DNA of 64,000 nucleotides from the NCBI GenBank assembly GCA_963770895.1, contig CAVYRF010000002.1, positions 128,001-192,000 on the forward strand, given 5' to 3'. The notes beneath the pieces were generated by a model. It saw only the letters and a list, made by a program, of their open reading frames with translations, did not search any database and was not told where the DNA came from. This DNA comes from an uncultured Acidobacteriota bacterium. GTDB lineage: Bacteria > Acidobacteriota > Thermoanaerobaculia > Multivoradales > UBA5704. Positions 1-8,534 of the stretch are shown here, piece after piece (the stretch's first letter is position 1; each line of letters starts with the position of its first letter). The translations under genes were made by a program, and so were the position numbers.

Positions 1-378
1 CGCCAGCTCGCGCGACAGCGCGAAGGCGCCGGTCAGGTTGGTGCGCAGCACCCGCTCCCAATCCTCCAGCGACATACGCAACAGCAGGCTGTCGGCAGTG
101 ATTCCAGCGTTGTTGATCAGGATGTCGATCGCCGCAAAGCCTTCGGGCAGCTCCTTCAAGCGCCCCGCCACGGCGGCAGGCTCCGCCACGTCGAGCGCCA
201 GCGGATGGGCCTGCCCCCCCGCGGCCGCGATCTCGCCGGCCAGCGCCGCCAGCTTGTCGGCAGAGCGCGCGGCGACGACCACGCGGGCGCCCTGCGCGGC
301 GAGCAGCCGCGCGATCGCTTCGCCGATACCCTGCGAGGCGCCGGTGACCAGCGCCGTCCTGCCGTCCAGCCGGAACAT
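1..378 (-). CDS. fabG: 3-oxoacyl-ACP reductase (5' part; runs off the window start)
   Basis: ATG at 378 overlaps the fabD stop. Translates MFRLDGRTALVTGASQGIGEAIA..., with the SDR TGxxxGIG and NNAGIT motifs. Confidence 0.93.
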   Translation of the reverse strand, partial: MFRLDGRTALVTGASQGIGEAIARLLAAQGARVVVAARSADKLAALAGEIAAAGGQAHPLALDVAEPAAVAGRLKELPEGFAAIDILINNAGITADSLLLRMSLEDWERVLRTNLTGAFALSRELA

Positions 379-1475
379 CAGGCCTCCTTCTCTTCTGCCG
401 CCGCCGGCGCCGCCGCTGGTGGCGCCGCCCAACCGTCCAGGAGCTTGTGCAGCAGCTCGGGCTCGGACAGCGACGCCGCCTGCACGCCGGTGACGATGCG
501 GCGGTTGAGGCCCGACAGCACACCGCCGGCGCCGATTTCGAGCAGCGCCGTGGCACCGGCCGTGCCGGCCATCCACTCTACGGTTTCGACCCAGCGCACC
601 GGGTTGTCGATCTGGCGCACCAGCGCGTCGCGCGCGGCATCGCCCGAGGTCACCGGCGCGGCGTCGACGTTGGTCACCACCGGCACCACCGGGTCGTGGA
701 AAGGGGTCGCCGCCAGCAGCTCCGCCATCGCCAGCCGCGCCGGGCGCATCAGCGGCGAATGGAAGGGCGCCGACACCGGCAGCAGCGTCGCCTTGCGCAC
801 GCCGCGCTCCTTGGACAGCGCCACGGCGCACTCGATCGCCCGGCGATGGCCGGCCAGCACCGTCTGGCCGGGGCCGTTGAAGTTGGCCACGGCGCACACC
901 TCGCCGGGCGTCGCGGCCTGGGCGTCGCGGGCGATGGCGGCCACCACCTCGGCGTCCAGGCCCAGCAGCGCCGCCATGGCGCCCTCCCCCACCGGCACCG
1001 CCTGCTGCATCAGCTCGCCGCGGCGCCGCACCAGGCGCAGAGCGTCGGCGAAGTCCAGCGCCCCGGCGGCGACCAGCGCCGAATACTCGCCCAGGCTATG
1101 GCCGGCGACCGCGACCGGCGCCGGCAGCGGCGGCCAGTCGCCGGAAAAACCCGCCGGCGGTTCGGCAGCGGTCAGCGCGCGGTAGATCGCGATCGACACC
1201 GCCAGCAGCGCCGGCTGGGTGTTGGTGGTCAGGTTGAGATCTTCGGCAGGCCCCTCGAAACAGAGCCGGCTGAGCGGCACGACCTCGCCAGGGCCGGGAG
1301 CGCTGGCGGGGGGAGCCCCTGCGTCCAGAGGCGCGGCGGCGCTCGCGGTGGCGGCGACCACCGCGTCGGCGGCGGCAAAGGTGTCGCGGGCGGCGGCCGC
1401 GGCCTCCGCCCATGCCTTGCCCATGCCCGGCTTTTGCGACCCCTGACCGGGGAAGACAAAGGCAACGCGGCGCAT
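378..1475 (-). CDS. fabD: malonyl-CoA:ACP transacylase
   Basis: AFVFPGQGSQ, GHSLGEYSAL and SAPFHS motifs. ATG at 1475 overlaps the plsX stop. Confidence 0.95.
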   Translation of the reverse strand: MRRVAFVFPGQGSQKPGMGKAWAEAAAAARDTFAAADAVVAATASAAAPLDAGAPPASAPGPGEVVPLSRLCFEGPAEDLNLTTNTQPALLAVSIAIYRALTAAEPPAGFSGDWPPLPAPVAVAGHSLGEYSALVAAGALDFADALRLVRRRGELMQQAVPVGEGAMAALLGLDAEVVAAIARDAQAATPGEVCAVANFNGPGQTVLAGHRRAIECAVALSKERGVRKATLLPVSAPFHSPLMRPARLAMAELLAATPFHDPVVPVVTNVDAAPVTSGDAARDALVRQIDNPVRWVETVEWMAGTAGATALLEIGAGGVLSGLNRRIVTGVQAASLSEPELLHKLLDGWAAPPAAAPAAAEEKEA

Positions 1476-2518
1476 CAGTGCCCCGCCTCGCGCTGGCCCG
1501 GCCGGTCCGCGGAGTGGGCGTGCAGCTCCGCCAGCTTGTCGCCGATCTTCCTGTCCAGCTGCGCGTTGGCAAACTCCACGGCGCGCCGGATGGCGCTCTG
1601 GATGGCGCGTGCGTTGGAGCGGCCGTGGCCGATGAAACAGCCGCCGGCGATCCCCAGAAGCGGCGCCGCGCCGTATTCCGTGTAGTCGACGCGCTGGCGG
1701 AAGCGGTCGAAGGCCGGGCGGCACAGCAGGTATCCCAGGCGGCTGCGCAGGCTGCGCGACAGCTCCTCGCGCAGCATGCGCGACATCAGCTCGGCCAGCG
1801 ATTCGGCGCTCTTCAGCACGACGTTGCCGACGAACCCGTCGCAGACGATGACGTCCACCGAGCCGTTGAACACGTCGCGCCCCTCGACGTTGCCGACGAA
1901 GTTGAGGCCGGTCGCCTTGAGCGCGCGAAACACCTCGCGGGTGAGGTCGGTACCCTTGCCTTCCTCCTCGCCGATCGACATCAGGCCGATGCGCGGCGTG
2001 GCGGCGCCCAGCACCTCCTGGGCGTAGCAGTGGCCCATCACCGCGAACTCCAGCAGGTGCTCGGGCTTGCTGTCGACGTTGGCACCCACGTCCAGCACCA
2101 CCGACCGGCCGTTGGCATGCGGGAACACGGCGGCCAGCGCCGGCCGGTCCACGCCGGGAGCCGTGCCGATGACCATCTTGGCGGCGATCATCGCCGCACC
2201 GGTGTTGCCGGCGGTGACCATCGCCTGGGCGCGGCCGTCCTTGACCGCCTCGGCGCAGATGCGGATCGAGGAGCGGCGCTTCTTGCGGATCGGCGTGATG
2301 GCCGGCTCGTCCATCCCCACCACCTCTTCGGCATGCAGGATGCCCAAGCGGTCGCCCAGCCCGGCTGCCTCGGGCAGGCGCGCCAGCTCCGCTTCGATCC
2401 GCTGCCGGTCGCCGACCAGCAGGACGGGGGCGCCGTCGTCCACCACCGCGCGCACGGCCCCTTCGACCGCGCACTGCGGCGCGTGATCGCCCCCCATGGC
2501 GTCTACGGCAATCGGCAT
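1475..2518 (-). CDS. plsX: phosphate acyltransferase
   Basis: IAVDAMGGDHAP, AGNTGA, DVGAN, CDGFVGN and GHGRS motifs. Confidence 0.96.
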   Translation of the reverse strand: MPIAVDAMGGDHAPQCAVEGAVRAVVDDGAPVLLVGDRQRIEAELARLPEAAGLGDRLGILHAEEVVGMDEPAITPIRKKRRSSIRICAEAVKDGRAQAMVTAGNTGAAMIAAKMVIGTAPGVDRPALAAVFPHANGRSVVLDVGANVDSKPEHLLEFAVMGHCYAQEVLGAATPRIGLMSIGEEEGKGTDLTREVFRALKATGLNFVGNVEGRDVFNGSVDVIVCDGFVGNVVLKSAESLAELMSRMLREELSRSLRSRLGYLLCRPAFDRFRQRVDYTEYGAAPLLGIAGGCFIGHGRSNARAIQSAIRRAVEFANAQLDRKIGDKLAELHAHSADRPGQREAGH

Positions 2519-2718
2519 GCATCTCCTCGCGAACCTGCAAGCCCGGGCGCGGCGGCGGCGCTCAAGCGCCGGGACGCACCCGCGTCACGGCGGCGCCGCC
2601 CGGCGATCGGCCGGCACGACGCCTCGGACGCGGCGCCGCGATGGCCAGCGGCCGGAAGCGGGCGAACCATCCCCCTGCGGCTCGGTTCGGCGGCCCCAGC
2701 GCGGGCCGCCGTTGCCTT

Positions 2719-2904
2719 CTAGGTAGCCTCTTTGCCTTCGATCACCGGCCGGCCGTTGTAATAGCCGCAGTGAGCGCAGGCGCGATGCGGCAGCTTGACT
2801 TCGCCGCAGTTCGAGCAGGTGGACGTGGCGGGACGGTCCAGCGCGTCATGAGCCCGGCGGCGGTCGCGCCGGGCTGAGGAATGTCGTCGTTTTGGATTCG
2901 GCAT
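2719..2904 (-). CDS. rpmF: 50S ribosomal protein L32
   Basis: MPNPKRRHSSARRDRRRAH...CSNCG...HRACAHCGYY zinc-ribbon form; canonical position in the operon. Confidence 0.96.
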   Translation of the reverse strand: MPNPKRRHSSARRDRRRAHDALDRPATSTCSNCGEVKLPHRACAHCGYYNGRPVIEGKEAT

Positions 2905-2944
2905 CGAAGTCTAGCCTCGCTAAGTCGATCGCATGGATCGGTGT

Positions 2945-3583
2945 TCAGTGTGGCGCACCGCGTCGTTTGCCGGGGTTAGCGGGCTTCGCGGCGTTTTCGG
3001 AGTTTCCGGGTTCCCCGGAGCTGCCCAGGCTGCCTTTGAGGGAGGCCAGAGCCGCCCATCGCGGATCGGGCTCCGGTCCGCCGCAGGAGCACGTCCCGGC
3101 GGCCAGATCGGCACCGCACCGCGGGCACAGCCCAGGACAATCAGGCCGGCACAGCGGCTTCATCGGGATGTTCAGCTGCAACTGCTCAAGGATCAAGTCG
3201 CGGGTGTCGAGCTCGTCGCCCGGCACCACCATGACGCTCAAATCGCTGTCCAGCAGCTCGCGCTCGCCCGCGTCCAGCCCCTGCTCGCGCTCCGCCTGCC
3301 GGTGGTGGCCGTGGCCGCCATGCTCCTCCACCACAATCATCAGCTCCACCTGGGCGCCGGCAGCCGCCACGTGCGGCTTGAGACACCGGGTGCAGGCGAG
3401 CGTCAGATCATACGAGAGCTGCCCGCGCAGCAGGTACCCCGGATCGGCGTACACCACCTGGCCGCGCCAATGGACCGGCCCGAGTGCCAAAACTTCAGGC
3501 CTGTCCAGCGCTTCGGTCGGGATGCTCTCGGTTTCGTCCCAGCTGCAAGGCTCTTCGCGTACCTGGTCCAGCCAAATCTTCAT
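2945..3583 (-). CDS. yceD: DUF177/YceD family protein
   Basis: CTRCL, PMKPLCRPDCPGLCPRCG and DPRWAAL motifs; immediately upstream of rpmF. Confidence 0.92.
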   Translation of the reverse strand: MKIWLDQVREEPCSWDETESIPTEALDRPEVLALGPVHWRGQVVYADPGYLLRGQLSYDLTLACTRCLKPHVAAAGAQVELMIVVEEHGGHGHHRQAEREQGLDAGERELLDSDLSVMVVPGDELDTRDLILEQLQLNIPMKPLCRPDCPGLCPRCGADLAAGTCSCGGPEPDPRWAALASLKGSLGSSGEPGNSENAAKPANPGKRRGAPH

Positions 3584-3611
3584 CCAACAACCCCCAGCCG
3601 GGCAAACGCTG

Positions 3612-3641
3612 AGGCTAAGCCATTCCTTCCCGGCTTGTCAA
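3612..3641 (-). promoter_or_regulatory. sigma70-type promoter of the yceD-rpmF-plsX-fab operon
   Basis: Minus strand reads TTGACA-N18-TAGCCT, about 30 bp before the yceD start. Confidence 0.55.
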
Positions 3642-3807
3642 CGCCGGCCGCGGCGGGTCGTCGGGTCCCCCCCATACCGCCCGCCGGTTTGCAGCATGGC
3701 AGGCGCGGCGGCCACGCTGCCGTAAACCCGCGGTGCCGCACCACCGTACACGATCGGGCCGCGGAGGAGCGGCAAGGTGGAGAGCTGGAGGGGTAGAGAG
3801 GTGGAAA

Positions 3808-3977
3808 ACCTGGTGAAATCGGTTGCACCATCGTTGCGGCGTGGCCCGGGCCGGGTTCGCTCCCAGGCGCTGATCCTGTCGCGGGGATTTCGGACGGTCC
3901 CCAGGCGAGCTCTGGCGCGGGCTCGGGTCCTGTCTCTGGGCGTGATCCTGGCCACGACGCTGCCCTGGGCTCCAGGT
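3808..3977 (+). ncRNA. candidate structured RNA of unknown class
   Basis: Several nested helices with G-U pairs on the + strand, in an intergenic region; details under findings. Confidence 0.4.
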
Positions 3978-3979
3978 GA

Positions 3980-4079
3980 CGCTGCTGCGGCGGCTGGTGC
4001 GGGCGGCGACCACCTGCACCCCGGCGACGACGGCTACAAGCTCCTCGCCGGCGCCATCGACCTGGCGCTCTTCAAGTAG
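3980..4079 (+). pseudogene. C-terminal remnant of an SGNH/GDSL hydrolase
   Basis: GGDHLHPGDDGYKLLAGAIDLALFK* matches the SGNH block V DxxH end; no N-terminal GDS blocks are present upstream. Confidence 0.6.
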
Positions 4080-4200
4080 CGGGCCGCCCGCCCCGGCAAG
4101 GGGTGCGGCGGCGCGGACATCCTGGGCGCGAAGGTCACGGCGCCCCGAGCCGTCGCACCCTTACCTACAGGAGCTGTACCGCAAACAAAGGAGAGCCCAA

Positions 4201-4482
4201 GTGAGATCGAACGACAGCAGCATTCTGCGCTCGCCCCTGCTCAAGGCGCTCGGCCTGGTGGCCGCGCTGGCGCTGGTATGGAGCGCCGGGGTCGTACCGG
4301 CCCACGCCTTCACCATCTGCGAATGGGACAACGACATCATCTTCACCTATTACTCGGACGCCTCCCACACCACGGTCGTCGGCAGCTGCAGCGAGGGCTC
4401 CTGCCCGCCAGTCGGCTGCTCGGGCACCAAAACGCAGTACTACGTCACCCACACGGGTCTCCTCTGCGAGGTCTGCCACTAG
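4201..4482 (+). CDS. small secreted Cys-rich protein (DUF6289-like)
   Basis: AAGGAG RBS then GTG. Signal peptide ends ...PAHA; YYSDASHTTVVG motif; 6 Cys in the mature part. Confidence 0.75.
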   Translation: MRSNDSSILRSPLLKALGLVAALALVWSAGVVPAHAFTICEWDNDIIFTYYSDASHTTVVGSCSEGSCPPVGCSGTKTQYYVTHTGLLCEVCH

Positions 4483-4623
4483 CTACACGCCACCAGCCCT
4501 CCGGCGGTCGCGCTCCCGGCGGCGGGCCGGGAGCGCAGGCGTCCAGCGTCAATATCATTTGCCCCCGAGCCGCTGGCGCCGGCGCCTGGCTGGCGGGGCG
4601 CCCGGCGGCAGCGGCGGGCCGGC

Positions 4624-6918
4624 TTAGCGGTGTGCCAGGCTGCAGGACTGCAGGACCAGGCGCAGGCGCGGATGCGGCGACTCGACGCTCGCGTCGAGCG
4701 ACGCCCGGTCGCAGTTGGCGAGCGGGTCCAGCACCGTCTCCCAATCGCGCCACAGCGCGACTTCGCCGCGGGATGCCAAAGGGAAGTCCTCGACGAATTT
4801 GCGGATGCGGCTGACCAGGCGATAGGCGCCCGCCGGGTCCAACCAGACTCCCAGGGAGAGATCCTCCCCGGCCCCCTCCACCGCCGCACCGCCCCCCCCA
4901 GGCATGGGCGGTAAGGCGGCCCCCGACACCCTCGCCCCTCCTGCCGTTGGCGCACCGCCGCCCGTCACGCCTGCCGTGACCGCACCAGCACCCGCCGCGC
5001 CTGCCGTTGCCGCACCCCGGCCAACCGCGCCTGCCGTTGCCGCACCCCGGCCAACCGCGCCTGCCGTTGCCGCACCCCGGCCAACCGCGCCTGCCGTTGC
5101 CGCACCCCGGCCAACCGCGCCTGCCGTTGCCACACCACCGCCCGGCGCGTCCGCCGTTGCCGCACCGCGGCCCGCCACCCCTGCCGTTGCCGCGCCACCA
5201 CCCGATTCCCCTGCTGCCGCCGGCCGGCCAGCGGCCGGCGACCCCGCCGCGGTGGCGCCGCCGCCCGGCGCCCAGCCGGCGGCGGGCACCGGCGGCACCA
5301 GTGCCGCCAGGCGCGGGGCGAGCGCCGTCGCCTGGCGCAGGCTGGCGGCATCCAGCGCGACGACGTGCCAGCCGGCGACGTCGGCCGACGGCATGTGGCC
5401 GCTGAAGAAGCGGAACACGCTTTCGGCCGGCAGGTGCCAGCGCTGCGCCGGCGCGACGTTGAACACGGCGAGGCCCGGCAGATCCCCCAGCGACGTCAGG
5501 CGTGAACCGCCGGTTTCGAAGAGGGCCATCGCCGCCGGCGGCAGCCGGCGCAACGACGCGGCGGGCGCGCCCGGCGTGCCCGGCGCGGCGCCGCCGGTCC
5601 GTGGGGATGCCGGCGGCACCGGCCCCCCCAACGTCCCGGGTCTGGCCGCCGGGCCGCCCGCCTGCGGGGATCCTGAGCCGACCGCCGGGCCGCCCGGCTT
5701 CGGGTAGCCCGCCTCCGGCTCTCCCTTTGGTGGGGGCGCGCCCGCCCATCTGTCGGCCCCGGCCTGGCCGCCGGACGGGTCGGCCGTGCCGCCGCGACGC
5801 CGGCGCCCCGACGCGCGGGGCGGGGCGCCGTTGGACGGAAAGAGGATCTCGGGCATGGCGTTGCTGGGCACGGCCGACCCGTCGGGCGCCGCGTCCCCCT
5901 CCAGCGCGGAGGCAGCCGCCGAGGGCGCCGCCCCCTCCGCCTTCCAACCCGGTCCGACGGCGACCAGCAAGGTGGCGGCGCCCGCCGAGGCGACCCCCGG
6001 CAATGTCGCCGCGGAGGCTGCCCCCGGCGCCCCCCCGGCCAGCGCCAATACCAGGTCGGCGTCCTGGCGGGTCAGCGTGTAGTACCCGGTCGGGATCTGC
6101 AGCCGCTCGCCGCGCCAGTGCACCACCGCCAGGCTTTCGGGCAACTCCGGCAGCCCGCCGCCAGCACTCCCGGCATCGCCGGCACCGCCGGCAGCACCGG
6201 CCGGGTCGGCACCGGGGCGGCGCGGCGGCGGCACCGCGCTGCCGGCGGCGACGTTCCACAGGCGCCCGTCCCAGGCGACGCGCATGCGGCCGGCGGCGCC
6301 GCCGGCGAGCCAGGGATTGCCGGCCAGGTGGCCGGCCAGCTTCGCCACCACCGCCAGCGACGGATAGATGCGCGCCGCCAGACGCATCCGGCCGCCCGCC
6401 AGATCCGCGCAAGCCGTCAGCTCGCTGGCCGGCGGCACCTCGAACGGCCCGAAGGCGGGCACCTCCAGCGGCTCGGCCGCCTTGCCGCCGGCCGCGGCGG
6501 CGCCGCTTTCGGCGCCGTGGGCGAGCCGCGCCGCGGCGGCGATCACCTCCGGCAGGTCGCCTACCGCCGCGGCCAGGACGCCCAGGTTCTGGTGCGGATA
6601 GGGGATCCAGACGCAGACGTCATAGGCGCCGCCCGCCAGCAGCTCCCGCGGCCCGATCGGCCTGTCGCCGTCGCCCACCTGGGCACCGCCCGCCGAGGGC
6701 ACCGCCTCGCCTGCCGCGGGCACCGCACCCCTCGCCGTCTGGCCGGCATTGCCCTGCACACCGCCGGCTCCGACCCCGGCCCCGGCCGGCGGCAGCTGTG
6801 CCGCCGCCACCTGGTCGAGCCGCGGCGCCACCGCGCGCTCGCGCGGCAGGTACCAGTACGCCACGTGGGCCGCCGTCAACACCAGCAGCACCAGGACCGC
6901 CCAGGTGGTCCGCTTCAT
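4624..6918 (-). CDS. hypothetical membrane-anchored/exported protein with Ala/Gly/Pro low-complexity inserts
   Basis: 764-aa ORF with an N-terminal hydrophobic helix; its start overlaps the upstream GT4 stop (ATGA). Confidence 0.7.
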   Translation of the reverse strand: MKRTTWAVLVLLVLTAAHVAYWYLPRERAVAPRLDQVAAAQLPPAGAGVGAGGVQGNAGQTARGAVPAAGEAVPSAGGAQVGDGDRPIGPRELLAGGAYDVCVWIPYPHQNLGVLAAAVGDLPEVIAAAARLAHGAESGAAAAGGKAAEPLEVPAFGPFEVPPASELTACADLAGGRMRLAARIYPSLAVVAKLAGHLAGNPWLAGGAAGRMRVAWDGRLWNVAAGSAVPPPRRPGADPAGAAGGAGDAGSAGGGLPELPESLAVVHWRGERLQIPTGYYTLTRQDADLVLALAGGAPGAASAATLPGVASAGAATLLVAVGPGWKAEGAAPSAAASALEGDAAPDGSAVPSNAMPEILFPSNGAPPRASGRRRRGGTADPSGGQAGADRWAGAPPPKGEPEAGYPKPGGPAVGSGSPQAGGPAARPGTLGGPVPPASPRTGGAAPGTPGAPAASLRRLPPAAMALFETGGSRLTSLGDLPGLAVFNVAPAQRWHLPAESVFRFFSGHMPSADVAGWHVVALDAASLRQATALAPRLAALVPPVPAAGWAPGGGATAAGSPAAGRPAAAGESGGGAATAGVAGRGAATADAPGGGVATAGAVGRGAATAGAVGRGAATAGAVGRGAATAGAVGRGAATAGAAGAGAVTAGVTGGGAPTAGGARVSGAALPPMPGGGGAAVEGAGEDLSLGVWLDPAGAYRLVSRIRKFVEDFPLASRGEVALWRDWETVLDPLANCDRASLDASVESPHPRLRLVLQSCSLAHR
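4935..5200. repeat. 30-bp coding tandem repeat (AGAVGRGAAT)n
   Basis: Unit ccgcgcctgccgttgccgcaccccggccaa; four perfect copies from about 4995 plus degenerate flanking copies. Confidence 0.9.
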
Positions 6919-8516
6919 CGCCCACCTCGCCGGCCCCGGCGACCCCGGAGATCCCTGCGATCGTCGCCGCCAGCCTCGGTCCAGCCCGCGGCACCGTCCA
7001 TCATGTTGCCTTTGGCGCCGCGGCCGGCGCCGCCAGCGCCGCCGCCTCCTCCACCGCCACGGACGCCTCCACCGCCACCGACACCTCCACCGCCACCGAC
7101 GCCGCCATCGCCACCGGCACTTCCATCACCGCCTGCACTTCCATCGCCGCCCGCGCTGCCGATGGTTTCGACCAGCGGCTGCGCCACCGCCGCCAGCAGC
7201 TCGTCGTCGTCTTCGCCCACGCCCAGGTCGCACAGCTCGGCGCTGACCTCCCGCACCAGGTCGGCGGCCACGTCGTCGGCGGCATAGGGGGCCAGCGGCG
7301 GCAGGGCGCGGAAGGGCGCCGCCCCCGTCTGCACGACGTCGGACAGCACCCTGGCGTAGCCGCGCGCCGAGCTTTCCAGGTCGTGGTGGGCGGCGGCGTA
7401 GCGGCGAGCGTTCTCGCCCAGGGCGGCGACCAGCGCGGGGTCGGCTTCCAGGCGCTCCAGGCAGGCCAGCAGCAGATCGTCTTCCAGGGCGCCAAGGTCG
7501 ATCTGGACGCAGGCGCCTTCCGGGATCTCGGCAAAGGCTCCCACCCGGCTGACGATCACCGCCTTGCCCATGCCGAGCAGGCGAATCAGCGTGCCGGACG
7601 TTTCGCCGGCGGTGGGATAGCGCAGGTTCACCGCCACGTCCGCCGCGGCCATGTGGCGCAGAAAATCGTCCAGGCCGACGCGGCCGGTCACCTGCACGCC
7701 CTGCATCAGCTCGGGCGGCGCCACCGCCGCCAGGTCGAAGTGCGGCGACACCTCGCCGACCAGCATCAGGACCGCCCGCGGCGCGCGCCGGCGCAGGCGC
7801 GCGAAGGCGCGCAGCACCACCTGCGGCCGCTTGGCGGCGGTGACAAAGCCGAACGAGGCGACGACGAAGGCGTCGCCGGCCAACCCCAAGGCGGCGCGCG
7901 CCGCGGCGCGGTCGGGCGGCGGCGCCGCGCCCAGGCTCAGGTGATGCGGCACGACGGCGACCCGCGCCAGCGGCCGGCTGGCGAGCACGCGCCGGCGGGT
8001 GAAGTCGTTGTGCACCAGCAGGGCGCAGCTGCGGTCGACCACCCGTTCGAACAGCGGGTAGCTCCACGGATCGAGCGGCACGCCGGTCGCCAGGCAGCGC
8101 CGGGCCACGGCTTCGCCGCTCATGCCGTAGGCATAGCGCATCTCCCGCACGTAGGCTGCCGCGTCGCCGGCCATCAGAGTCAGATCGCGCACCAGGTGGT
8201 GCAGCACGAACTCGTGCAGCACCACGACACCCGGATGCGCGAGCAGTGCATGGTAGATGCCCGCGTGGTAGTCGCGGTTGTTGCCCAGCTGGTAGAGCAC
8301 GGCGTCGAAGCGTCCCGCCGCGGCCAGCCCGGCAAAGGCCCGCTCGGCATGCGCCGGCAGGCCGGCCAGCTCCGCCGCGGCGCCGGCGGCGCGCCAGCCG
8401 TCGGGCACGATCAGCTCGACGTCCACGTGGCGCGCCAGCGCCGGCAGCAGCTCGGCGCTGTAGTCGGCGATGCCGGAACGCGACGGCGGCAGCGGGCTCC
8501 AGCAGGCGACGCGCAT
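6915..8516 (-). CDS. GT4 family glycosyltransferase
   Basis: SPLPPSRSGIADYS N-terminus, VNLRYPTAGETSG motif, Gly-rich tail. Confidence 0.88.
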   Translation of the reverse strand: MRVACWSPLPPSRSGIADYSAELLPALARHVDVELIVPDGWRAAGAAAELAGLPAHAERAFAGLAAAGRFDAVLYQLGNNRDYHAGIYHALLAHPGVVVLHEFVLHHLVRDLTLMAGDAAAYVREMRYAYGMSGEAVARRCLATGVPLDPWSYPLFERVVDRSCALLVHNDFTRRRVLASRPLARVAVVPHHLSLGAAPPPDRAAARAALGLAGDAFVVASFGFVTAAKRPQVVLRAFARLRRRAPRAVLMLVGEVSPHFDLAAVAPPELMQGVQVTGRVGLDDFLRHMAAADVAVNLRYPTAGETSGTLIRLLGMGKAVIVSRVGAFAEIPEGACVQIDLGALEDDLLLACLERLEADPALVAALGENARRYAAAHHDLESSARGYARVLSDVVQTGAAPFRALPPLAPYAADDVAADLVREVSAELCDLGVGEDDDELLAAVAQPLVETIGSAGGDGSAGGDGSAGGDGGVGGGGGVGGGGGVRGGGGGGGAGGAGRGAKGNMMDGAAGWTEAGGDDRRDLRGRRGRRGGR

Positions 8517-8534
8517 GTCAGCGGGCCGCGGCGC

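Noticed and set aside
3808-3977. Assigning the structured element to SRP, 6S or a cobalamin/FMN riboswitch
   Set aside because: There is no SRP helix-8 motif, no zapA/ygfA context and no complete riboswitch consensus. It is left unclassified.
4935-5200. 30-bp repeats as a CRISPR array
   Set aside because: The units are contiguous with no unique spacers, lie in frame inside a CDS, and no cas genes are in the window.
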